Assembly (NCBI GenBank): GCA_963934165.1
Contig: CAWVXH010000001.1
Location: forward strand, 22,098 to 86,097
Length of the DNA: 64,000 bases
Source of the DNA: an uncultured Candidatus Poseidoniales archaeon
GTDB taxonomy: Archaea > Thermoplasmatota > Poseidoniia > Poseidoniales > Thalassarchaeaceae
Direction: 5' to 3'
Made by a program: the position numbers and the translations under genes. Of this stretch, positions 56,290 through 63,811 are shown one piece after another. Within the stretch, counting starts at the first letter, position 1; the number at the start of each line of letters is the position of its first letter. Under the pieces are notes generated by a model, which did no database searches, was not told the origin of the DNA, and saw nothing but the letters and a program-made list of their open reading frames with translations.

Positions 56290-58389
56290 ATGAGCACCCA
56301 CCGACGCTTGACTACCTCGCTGATTATTCTGATGTTATTACTGTCTTTACCCACAGTAAGTGCAGATGATGCCGATGGAGATGGAGTTGATGATGCGCAG
56401 GATGATTTCCCGAATAACCCCTGCGCCTCGAAGGATACTGATGGAGATGGAATGCCAGATTCAGTCATACCAAATTGTGGTAACGCAGGTGTAGTCGCAT
56501 TTACTTCATTTGAAGATCCTTTTACTATTGATGGGATAAAATACACCGATACAGGTAATCAATCGACAAATCATTATTTGTCGAATAATGTCAATGAACC
56601 TCATGTTGAACATACCCAAACAACTGGCAGTGAAATGGGTTTTACGTTATATTATGAGTCTAACGGTGGCGTTGGATTGACTGATGGAGATTACTTCGGG
56701 ACAATCAATTACACGGGCACTGTTGGAAATTTCACAGATGGAAACAATGGCTATCAGATGTCGGATGTCGATGGAATTACGACTCTTGCCCTAGATGATG
56801 TCACTGCCGATACGATGGTGATGGATATATTCCTACAAGAAACCGACTGGGAATCAGCAGATTATATCATCATACGATTTGTAACTTCGACTAATTCAAT
56901 AGACCTGTTCAACACTAGTGGTTCAGATATCGATACCACATTTTCAGCCTACGAAGATGTTTGGACTACTCTGGTCCTCTCAATCGGTGGCGATACGGGT
57001 CATCTAGAAGTTGAGGTGCAAACAAATTCAGGCTATGAAGCAATTTATATCGATAACATCATTTTCACTGGAAGTGCAAGTTTAACTGAAGATCTCGATG
57101 ATGATGATGATGGATGGCCTGATTTAGATGAAGATAATTGTGGCACGGATTCATTGGACGACACTGATGTCCCGGTTGATACGAATCAGGATGGAGTATG
57201 TGATGCGATTCAGCAAACTGATAATGATGGAGATGGAATCTCAGACAATGATGACCCTGATGATGATGATGACAACTGGACTGATACAGATGAGTTAGAT
57301 TGTTCCACCGATCCAATGAATTCCAGTTCGTTTCCGAATGATTTTGATGGAGATTTAATCTGTGATATTATCGACAATGATGACGATGATGATGGAGTCG
57401 AAGATCAAGACGATGCCTTTCCTCTAGATGCTTCCGAATCTAATGATAATGATGGAGATGGGCAAGGCGATAATGCAGATTTAGATGATGATAATGATGG
57501 ATGGAGCGATTCAGATGAAATTGATTGCTATACCGATTGGATGAATGGAGAAGTTTTCCCTAGTGACGATGATGGAGATGGTATTTGCGATTACCTAGAT
57601 GCTGACTTGGATAACGATGGAGTTCCAGATGTAGACGATGCATTTCCAGAAGATCCCAATGAAACAGTTGACTCAGATGGTGATGGACAAGGAGATAATT
57701 CAGATTCAGATGATGATGGTGATGGCTTTGATGACATTACAGAAGAAACCTGTATGTCAGACCCATTGAATTCAGATTCAATTCCAAGCGATTTCGATGA
57801 AGATACATCATGTGATAATGTCGATTCAGATGATGATAATGATGGTGCAATCGACTCTGAAGATGCATTCCCAAGAGATGGTTCAGAAACTAGAGACACA
57901 GACGGTGATGGACAAGGTGATAATTCGGATTTGGACGATGATGGTGATGGTTGGCCGGATTTGACTGAAAATAATTGTGGATCAGATTCGATGGATGCAC
58001 ATTCCACTCCTGCTGATGCAGATGAGGATGGGCAATGCGATTCCGACGATCTTGATGATGATGGAGATGGAGTTGCTGATGCTCTAGATGCATTCCCTGC
58101 AGATGGTTCAGAATGGCTGGACTTAGATTCGGATGGAATCGGAGATAATTCCGATACCGACGATGATGGAGATAGCGTATCTGATGAAGATGAAGCATCA
58201 TGTAACTCGGATCCTTTCAATGCCGATAGCTTACCATCGGATTGGGATAATGACGGTCTTTGTGATGCTCTAGATGCTGATATTCAACCTCCACCAATAT
58301 CTGATGAAACTCCAGGATTTGGCTTCTTACTAGCAATTTCGATGCTAGTTGTTGCAACTCGGGTCCGTTCAAGAAAGTCAAAGTATTGA
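56290..58389 (+). CDS. Secreted Ca-binding repeat protein (thrombospondin-type-3-like repeats) with N-terminal jelly-roll-like domain and PGF-CTERM archaeal sorting signal
   Basis: Signal 'LTTSLIILMLLLSLPTVSA'. Repeated units 'DAFP.D..E..D.DGDGQGDN.D.DDD.DGW.D..E..C..D' are present. The C-terminal 'ETPGFGFLLAISMLVVATRVRSRKSKY' is a PGF motif plus TM helix plus basic tail (PGF encoded at 58312-58320). AT-rich codon usage (Asp mostly GAT). Confidence 0.85.
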   Translation: MSTHRRLTTSLIILMLLLSLPTVSADDADGDGVDDAQDDFPNNPCASKDTDGDGMPDSVIPNCGNAGVVAFTSFEDPFTIDGIKYTDTGNQSTNHYLSNNVNEPHVEHTQTTGSEMGFTLYYESNGGVGLTDGDYFGTINYTGTVGNFTDGNNGYQMSDVDGITTLALDDVTADTMVMDIFLQETDWESADYIIIRFVTSTNSIDLFNTSGSDIDTTFSAYEDVWTTLVLSIGGDTGHLEVEVQTNSGYEAIYIDNIIFTGSASLTEDLDDDDDGWPDLDEDNCGTDSLDDTDVPVDTNQDGVCDAIQQTDNDGDGISDNDDPDDDDDNWTDTDELDCSTDPMNSSSFPNDFDGDLICDIIDNDDDDDGVEDQDDAFPLDASESNDNDGDGQGDNADLDDDNDGWSDSDEIDCYTDWMNGEVFPSDDDGDGICDYLDADLDNDGVPDVDDAFPEDPNETVDSDGDGQGDNSDSDDDGDGFDDITEETCMSDPLNSDSIPSDFDEDTSCDNVDSDDDNDGAIDSEDAFPRDGSETRDTDGDGQGDNSDLDDDGDGWPDLTENNCGSDSMDAHSTPADADEDGQCDSDDLDDDGDGVADALDAFPADGSEWLDLDSDGIGDNSDTDDDGDSVSDEDEASCNSDPFNADSLPSDWDNDGLCDALDADIQPPPISDETPGFGFLLAISMLVVATRVRSRKSKY

Positions 58390-58419
58390 GAAATTAGTTT
58401 CGACTAATGTGTGAAAGTG

Positions 58420-58490
58420 TCGCGCTGACAGCAGGACTCGAACCTGCGACCTGTGGATTAACAGTCCACTGCTCCGCCAACTATTCGGCC
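58420..58490 (-). pseudogene. Degenerate copy of tRNA-Asn(GUU) (pseudo-tRNA)
   Basis: Aligns along its whole length to the intact tRNA-Asn at 61204-61279. A 43-nt block is identical (58427-58469 = 61211-61253), covering the T arm, variable loop and anticodon arm. Outside it there are 6 substitutions. A 6-nt deletion removes positions 7-12 (5' strand of the D stem). Two acceptor-stem pairs are broken, and the 3' end is CGA instead of CCA. Confidence 0.8.
58427..58469. repeat. 43-nt perfect direct repeat, copy 1 (within the pseudo-tRNA-Asn)
   Basis: gacagcaggactcgaacctgcgacctgtggattaacagtccac, identical to 61211-61253. Confidence 0.95.
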
Positions 58491-58578
58491 CAGTTTGCGG
58501 TCTGAGCTCCGAGGCATCCCCCAGGAGAAAGGAGCAGGAGACAGTAGGAATCAAAGGTGCGTCTGTTGGCCTCGGCCT

Positions 58579-61203
58579 ATGCCACGGGGCAGAGGTTCAC
58601 GCGTCGCGCTACTCGTAGTGCTGATCGTGCTGATAGCGATTCCCGTCGACACCTTCGCCAACAGCAGCGGGAAGACAGGATCATCGAGCACAGGGTGCAC
58701 CTGCCACTACAACACCGCCTCGGTGAGCCCAACACTCTCGGGCCTGCCCAGCGTCGGCTACATCGGCGACACCACCTACAACCTCTCCATAGGTGGTAGC
58801 GGGGGACCCAGTGGAACCAAGGGCGGGTTCAACCTCGCTACGACTCAAGGATCGTTCTCCGACCCCGGGAGCAACGTGCAACTCTCATCGGGCGAGGTGA
58901 CACACTCTAACTCCAACTCTAGGTCGTGGATGGTCAACTGGACCTCTCCGAGTAATGGCTCGGGCAATGTGACATTCAACCTCGCAGTCAACTTCGTCAA
59001 TGGAAACGGATTCAATACGGGCGACGGCTGGGGTACTGCTTCTTGGACAGTCTCTGAGGCGGACTCGGACGGCGATGGCTGGACCGACGCCGATGAGGGG
59101 GCGTGCGGCACCAACCCGAACGACTCGGGTGATGTACCGAGCGACACCGATGGCGACGGTACCTGCAACGGTATCGATACCGACGACGACGGAGATGGCT
59201 GGTCCGACTCGGAAGAAGCGGACTGCGCAACCGACTCGAACAACTCCACATCCATGCCCGTCGACACAGACAACGACGGAATCTGCAACTACCTCGACGG
59301 AGACGACGACGGAGACGGAACGCCCGACGACGAGGACGACTTTCCCCTCGATGCAGGAGAGGACACCGACACGGATGATGATGGGGTCGGCGACAATGCT
59401 GACACGGATGACGACAACGACGGTTGGAATGACACCGCCGAGGCCGACTGCGGTACCAACTCCACCGATCCGAACTCGGTCCCACTCGATACCGACGGAG
59501 ATGGACTTTGCGACATTGTAGATGAGGACGACGACAATGATGGTACCCCCGACGACGAGGATGACTTTCCCCTAGACTCCGGTGAGAACACGGACACGGA
59601 CGGGGACGGCATCGGGAACAACGCAGATACGGATGATGACGGTGATGGCTGGGGAGACGAAACCGAGGCAGCCTGTGGCACTAATTCGACCGACTCGGGC
59701 TCCGTTCCGACAGACACCGATGGCGATGGCACCTGCGACACCCTTGACGACGACGACGACGACGACGGCTGGAACGACACCGCCGAAATCGACTGCGGCA
59801 CAGAGCCTCTCAATGGCACCTCTACGCCGATCGATACCGACGACGACGGAATATGCAATGCGCTCGATGATGACGACGACGACGACGGTACACCGGATGC
59901 GAGCGACGCCTTTCCTCTCGATTCGAGCGAGGACACAGACACCGACATGGACGGCATCGGGAACAACGCTGATGCGGACGACGACGGCGACGGCGCCAAC
60001 GACACTGCCGACGCCTTTCCTCTCGATTCGAGCGAGGACACCGATACCGACATGGACGGTATCGGGAACAATGCCGATGTGGATGACGATGAGGACTCCT
60101 GGAACGATGTCAACGAGACTGCATGCGGCACCGACCCGTTAGACGCACAGTCAATTCCCAGTGACTTAGACAACGACACCTGGTGCGACTTCCTCGACCC
60201 CGATGATGATGGGGATGGAGTAGCAGACATTGCTGACGCATACCCCGCAGATCCGACGGAGTGGAGCGACACCGACGGCGACGGCACCGGTGACAACGCC
60301 GATCTAGATGACGACGGTGACGGCTGGAGTGACAATTACGAGAATCTCTGCAGCACGGATCCCCTCGATGATGCGTCAGCACCCGTGGACACCGACAGTG
60401 ACGGCTCGTGCGACTTTATCGATGATGATGATGATGATGATGGTACACCCGACGCAAGTGACACTTTTCCACTCGACCAATGGGAGCATGTTGATTTCGA
60501 CGGTGACGGGATTGGCGACAACGCTGACCCAGACGACGATGACGACGGCTGGTCAGACGCGGACGAGTTCGCCTGTGGAACCATCAGTATGAACCCGTCC
60601 ATATTCCCGAAAGACACCGACTGGAACGGTTTGTGTGATGCGCTAGACGAAGACGACGACGGAGACGGATTCGCTGACTCTGACGATGTGTTTCCACTCG
60701 ACGCGGCTGAGCATGTTGATTTCGACGGCGACGGAGTGGGTGACAACGCCGACTCAGACGATGATGATGACGGCGTCGATGACGAAGACGATGCCTTCCC
60801 GAAGGACGCCTCTGAGCAATCTGACTATGACGGTGATGGCACCGGTGACAACTCGGACAATGATGATGACGGTGACGGCGTAATCGACAGCGCCGATGCA
60901 TACCCCTTTGATGACTCGGAGAGTTCAGACGCTGACGGCGACGGAGTGGGTGACAACGCCGACCCAGACGATGATAATGACAGCTGGTCCGACCAACAAG
61001 AGAGCCAGTGCGGAACTGCCTCAAATGACTCCTTGGACATTCCTCAGGACATCGATGGCGATGGCTTGTGCGACGAGATTGACAACGATGACACGGATGG
61101 CCCCCTCTGGCAAGATCCAGATGAGGGCGGAAGCACCCCCGGGTTCGGACTGATCTCAGCTCTAGCCGTGCTCACTCTCGCTGCTCTCGCTCGCAGGGAC
61201 TGA
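58579..61203 (+). CDS. GC-rich secreted Ca-binding repeat protein (thrombospondin-type-3-like repeats) with PGF-CTERM sorting signal
   Basis: Start set at the ATG at 58579 (MPRGRGSRVALLVVLIVLIAIPVDTFA); the track start at 58495 is TTG. The N-terminal domain of about 140 aa has no repeats. It is followed by more than 10 units 'D.FPLD..E..DTDGDG.GDNAD.DDD.DGW.D..E..CGT....S.P.DTD.DG.CD'. C-terminal 'STPGFGLISALAVLTLAALARRD' (PGF at 61138-61146). The stop codon at 61201-61203 abuts the tRNA-Asn 3' end. Confidence 0.85.
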   Translation: MPRGRGSRVALLVVLIVLIAIPVDTFANSSGKTGSSSTGCTCHYNTASVSPTLSGLPSVGYIGDTTYNLSIGGSGGPSGTKGGFNLATTQGSFSDPGSNVQLSSGEVTHSNSNSRSWMVNWTSPSNGSGNVTFNLAVNFVNGNGFNTGDGWGTASWTVSEADSDGDGWTDADEGACGTNPNDSGDVPSDTDGDGTCNGIDTDDDGDGWSDSEEADCATDSNNSTSMPVDTDNDGICNYLDGDDDGDGTPDDEDDFPLDAGEDTDTDDDGVGDNADTDDDNDGWNDTAEADCGTNSTDPNSVPLDTDGDGLCDIVDEDDDNDGTPDDEDDFPLDSGENTDTDGDGIGNNADTDDDGDGWGDETEAACGTNSTDSGSVPTDTDGDGTCDTLDDDDDDDGWNDTAEIDCGTEPLNGTSTPIDTDDDGICNALDDDDDDDGTPDASDAFPLDSSEDTDTDMDGIGNNADADDDGDGANDTADAFPLDSSEDTDTDMDGIGNNADVDDDEDSWNDVNETACGTDPLDAQSIPSDLDNDTWCDFLDPDDDGDGVADIADAYPADPTEWSDTDGDGTGDNADLDDDGDGWSDNYENLCSTDPLDDASAPVDTDSDGSCDFIDDDDDDDGTPDASDTFPLDQWEHVDFDGDGIGDNADPDDDDDGWSDADEFACGTISMNPSIFPKDTDWNGLCDALDEDDDGDGFADSDDVFPLDAAEHVDFDGDGVGDNADSDDDDDGVDDEDDAFPKDASEQSDYDGDGTGDNSDNDDDGDGVIDSADAYPFDDSESSDADGDGVGDNADPDDDNDSWSDQQESQCGTASNDSLDIPQDIDGDGLCDEIDNDDTDGPLWQDPDEGGSTPGFGLISALAVLTLAALARRD
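59905..60114 (+). repeat. Tandem 105-nt (35-codon) duplication inside the GC-rich repeat gene
   Basis: Copies start at 59905 and 60010. The first 65 nt or so are nearly identical (gacgcctttcctctcgattcgagcgaggacac...gacatggacgg.atcgggaacaa). The protein units are DAFPLDSSEDTDTDMDGIGNNADADDDGDGANDTA and DAFPLDSSEDTDTDMDGIGNNADVDDDEDSWNDVN. Confidence 0.85.
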
Positions 61204-61279
61204 TGGCGCCGACAGCAGGACTCGAACCTGCGACCTGTGGATTAACAGTCCACCGCTCCACCAACTAAGCTATGTCGGC
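61204..61279 (-). tRNA. tRNA-Asn (GUU), genomically encoded CCA
   Basis: Reverse complement: GCCGACA TA GCTT AGTTGGTG GAGC G GTGGA CTGTTAA TCCAC AGGTC GCAGG TTCGAGT CCTGC TGTCGGC G CCA. 76 nt, all stems paired (one G-U in the D stem). Confidence 0.9.
61211..61253. repeat. 43-nt perfect direct repeat, copy 2 (within the intact tRNA-Asn)
   Basis: Identical to 58427-58469. Confidence 0.95.
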
Positions 61280-61416
61280 CTAAGCCTGCCGCTGAAACAA
61301 TCATTCATGAATCAATCGGGTTAGATGAGTGAAAAATTATATCAAAATATTCTGTATTTAAGCTATATATCCTTAGGTGGGAAATAATTTGAATAAGAGA
61401 CTGTGAAGTGGAGAAA

Positions 61417-62373
61417 TTACTCCCACTCAATTGTCCCCGGGGGCTTGTTAGTAATATCATAGACAACTCGATTTACCTCGCCCTTCAGTGTATTCGTGAT
61501 TTCAGTGCTCACTTGGGTCAGGACATCATGAGGAATCGGTGAATAACGTGCACTCATACCATCTAAACTAGTCACCGCTCGAACGACGACAGTCTCGCCG
61601 TGAACCCGTGCATCACCGTGAACTCCAACTGAGCGAACTGGTAAAAGTGCAGCAAAATATTGCCAAGGTAAATCACAAATTCCAGCCGCTGCTGCTTCTT
61701 GGAAATGTCTCTCAACAATATCACATGCAATTCGACATGATTCGACCCTTGAGGGTGTTAGGTCACCTAAGACACGTACGGCAAGACCTGGCCCGGGGAA
61801 TGGTTGTCGCTCGCTTGATTTTATTTTTAATTCACGAGCGATTTGACGAACCTCATCTTTGTAAAATTCACGTAAAGGTTCGACGATAGTCAGGTCAATA
61901 TCCTCTGGCAAACCGCCGACATTATGGTGGCTCTTGATGACATCACGCTCTCCGCCACCAGATTCAATCCAATCTGGGGCTATCGTGCCTTGAACAAGGT
62001 ATTTAGCCCCACATATTGCTTGTTCTTCTTCAAAAACTCGGATGAATTGTTCACCAATTACCTTTCTTTTTGCTTCCGGATCAGTTACTCCTTCCAAATT
62101 TGAAAAGAACCTCTCCGATGCGTCGACGACCTTCAGGTCAATGCCCATTTCAGCGAACATTTCAGCGACTTCTTCCGACTCACCCCTACGCATAAATCCA
62201 GTGTCGACATAAACACAATGCAGTAAACTTCCGACCGCACGGTGAGCGAGTACAGCAGCAACTGAACTATCAATTCCGCCTGAACAAGCGATAATCGCAG
62301 TATCATCAATTTGAGATTCTAAAGTTTCGATTGCTTCACCAATTAACATACTGGTTTGCATCATCGCAATCAC
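61417..62373 (-). CDS. guaAB: GMP synthase (glutamine-hydrolysing) subunit B, ATP pyrophosphatase subunit of the split archaeal enzyme
   Basis: PP-loop 'ACSGGIDSSVAA', 'HHNVGGLP' and the C-terminal 'KPPGTIEWE'. There is no glutamine amidotransferase domain in this ORF. The GTG start overlaps the purE stop (GTGA); ATGs 9-12 nt downstream are possible. Confidence 0.9.
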   Translation of the reverse strand: MIAMMQTSMLIGEAIETLESQIDDTAIIACSGGIDSSVAAVLAHRAVGSLLHCVYVDTGFMRRGESEEVAEMFAEMGIDLKVVDASERFFSNLEGVTDPEAKRKVIGEQFIRVFEEEQAICGAKYLVQGTIAPDWIESGGGERDVIKSHHNVGGLPEDIDLTIVEPLREFYKDEVRQIARELKIKSSERQPFPGPGLAVRVLGDLTPSRVESCRIACDIVERHFQEAAAAGICDLPWQYFAALLPVRSVGVHGDARVHGETVVVRAVTSLDGMSARYSPIPHDVLTQVSTEITNTLKGEVNRVVYDITNKPPGTIEWE

Positions 62374-62843
62374 CCCTGTAATGATTCATCATCTGCGATG
62401 ACTTTCGCAGTTTTTTCCACTCGCCACGAGTCATAACGGCGAGCCAAGTCTGAATCCCCGAGTGCCAACATCTGAATTGCAAGTGCAGCGGCATTGTCGC
62501 CGCGGTCTACTCCAACAGTTGCAACTGGCATTCCCGGCGGCATTTGGACGATTGAGAGCAATGAATCAAGTGGCACTTTTCCACCGATGGGAACACCGAT
62601 TACCGGCAAGGTAGTCATAGAGGCGATGACTCCCGGGAGGGCGGCTGCCATACCCGCCATTCCGATGAAAATTTTACATCCGGAATCAACGGCCGCATCG
62701 ACGACTGACTCAAGATATTTGGGCGCACGGTGAGCACTAGCAACCCTAACTTTGTGAGGGATATCAAATTCAGAAAGCAAGGTAGTGCACTTATTGGCGA
62801 TAGGCAAGTCAGACTTCGACCCCAAGACAACACATACGTCCAT
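62370..62843 (-). CDS. purE: Phosphoribosylaminoimidazole carboxylase catalytic subunit / N5-CAIR mutase
   Basis: 'VVLGSKSDLPIANK', 'RVASAHRAP' and 'FIGMAGMAAALPGVIAS..LPVIGVP' are the conserved PurE blocks. Confidence 0.9.
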   Translation of the reverse strand: MDVCVVLGSKSDLPIANKCTTLLSEFDIPHKVRVASAHRAPKYLESVVDAAVDSGCKIFIGMAGMAAALPGVIASMTTLPVIGVPIGGKVPLDSLLSIVQMPPGMPVATVGVDRGDNAAALAIQMLALGDSDLARRYDSWRVEKTAKVIADDESLQG

Positions 62844-62902
62844 GGCAATTGGGACAAGAGACAGTTCAAATGCCTGCCGTAGTCATAATTTGCTAAATTC
62901 AA

Positions 62903-63811
62903 TTATTCTTCTTCAAAGTTAATGATGAAATTTGACGGCCAAGCATCGCCTGAAATTGTCAGTGGTGGCTTGGAAATAATCTCAGCGAAGAGTTTATTTA
63001 CAACAAAATTCGAAGTGAAAATATCATGAATTAATCCACTTCGATGGCGGAGAACGAAGGTGATAAATCGGTGCTCACCGTGAGAAATTCCAACCAGATC
63101 TGCCGAGTAATCATCCAATGTCTCGGACCAACTTGCAATCGGCCCATTTCTGAAGACCTTTGATTCCCTCTCCCAACCATCTGCCAAAATTCCCAAGGGA
63201 ACATCTTCTACCTTGATTGGCAATAACCATCTCCCAGAAGGAGGTTTGACCGAGTGTGCAAGATTGGATATCGTGAGTCCCCATGAATATAAGAAACAAA
63301 GATAGGAAATCCATCCAAGCCGTGGATCAATAATAATATGCAAGGTGAAAATCATCACACCTAAAAGAAATGGCAAAAATGCAAATGGATATACATCGAA
63401 TTTTTTTCGCGCGCGATTTTCAAGCCCATCACTCATCGAAAGAATTGGTACCAAGGTCAATATCCACGCTATACAAAACAACACAATAGCAAGATTTTGA
63501 TCATCAATTGGTGTTTTGTCAGGAAATGCCAAAGGGAATACAGTTGATATTAGGAAGAATAATGACCAAGAAGTCGGTAACAAAATTTTACCTCCCGCAG
63601 GTTGTAACCGCTGTCTCATCCACCCTCTGCCACCGGAAACAACATCGGTAGTAATCCAAGGTTCTGACGGCTCTATTTCACCATCTCTCAATAGTGGTGG
63701 CCGTCCCTCATTAGATGGCCACCACCGGCTCTCGCCGAGTAACCAATCTTTGTCGAGGGATGCTTCCACGCTCCGCCGAGCGTGCTCCGGGTCTTGTGTT
63801 TTCGCTCTCAC
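62903..63811 (-). CDS. Hypothetical membrane protein (about four TM helices) with a C-terminal soluble domain
   Basis: The ORF sits between gcvPB and purE on the same strand. Its GTG start overlaps the gcvPB stop (GTGA); internal ATGs are possible. No motif recognised. Confidence 0.45.
   Translation of the reverse strand: MRAKTQDPEHARRSVEASLDKDWLLGESRWWPSNEGRPPLLRDGEIEPSEPWITTDVVSGGRGWMRQRLQPAGGKILLPTSWSLFFLISTVFPLAFPDKTPIDDQNLAIVLFCIAWILTLVPILSMSDGLENRARKKFDVYPFAFLPFLLGVMIFTLHIIIDPRLGWISYLCFLYSWGLTISNLAHSVKPPSGRWLLPIKVEDVPLGILADGWERESKVFRNGPIASWSETLDDYSADLVGISHGEHRFITFVLRHRSGLIHDIFTSNFVVNKLFAEIISKPPLTISGDAWPSNFIINFEEE

Larger units (their letters stand above)
58491..61203. other. Compositionally foreign GC-rich segment bounded by the two tRNA-Asn copies
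   Basis: Hand spot counts give 40/60 G+C at 59101-59160 versus 23/60 at 57301-57360. Asp codons switch from mostly GAT to mostly GAC. The shift begins right after the pseudo-tRNA (58490), and AT-rich sequence resumes within about 15 nt beyond the intact tRNA (61279). Confidence 0.7.

Noticed and set aside
57065-58220. Antisense ORFs inside the AT-rich repeat gene (57591-58220, 209 aa Ser-rich; 57890-58201; 57065-57316).
   Set aside because: This is the same artefact. They are antisense or out-of-frame readings of GAT-GAT-GGA repeats and have no independent signals.
58420-58490. Possibility that the first tRNA-Asn-like sequence is a second functional tRNA-Asn gene.
   Set aside because: A 6-nt deletion removes the 5' strand of the D stem. 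Positions 3:70 and 6:67 of the acceptor stem no longer pair, and no alternative 5' strand is present upstream. It was called a pseudogene instead.
58696-58707. 'GCTCH' in the N-terminal domain of the GC-rich protein, considered as a c-type haem-binding site.
   Set aside because: The motif is CxCH, not CxxCH, so it does not fit the canonical haem c attachment site. It is left as an uncharacterised motif.
56400-61100. Periodic DNA repeats that could superficially resemble a CRISPR array.
   Set aside because: The periodicity is in-frame coding repeats (Asp-rich units of about 35 codons) with degenerate sequence. There is no repeat-spacer structure, leader or cas genes.
58557-61153. Numerous long ORFs in other frames and on the opposite strand of the GC-rich gene (for example 59289-60335 minus, 348 aa Ser/Pro-rich; 59000-59521 plus; 59012-59485 minus; 60584-61024 minus).
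   Set aside because: Their translations are low-complexity Ser/Pro/Arg/Thr strings. Such strings arise whenever a GAC/GGC-rich acidic repeat is read out of frame or antisense. High GC also suppresses stop codons. The forward-frame protein has a signal peptide, coherent repeats and a PGF-CTERM, so it is the real gene.
58420-61279. Calling the tRNA-bracketed GC-rich segment a bona fide integrative mobile element.
   Set aside because: No integrase, excisionase, transposase or replication gene is present between or next to the repeats, and the segment carries a single cargo gene. I report it only as a compositionally foreign, tRNA-bounded segment. Recombination or assembly chimerism remain alternative explanations.
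61280-61416. A/T-rich boxes upstream of tRNA-Asn (for example around 61331-61372), considered as its promoter TATA box.
   Set aside because: They lie more than 50 nt from the mature 5' end, and nothing TATA-like sits around -25 to -30. That is too uncertain to annotate.
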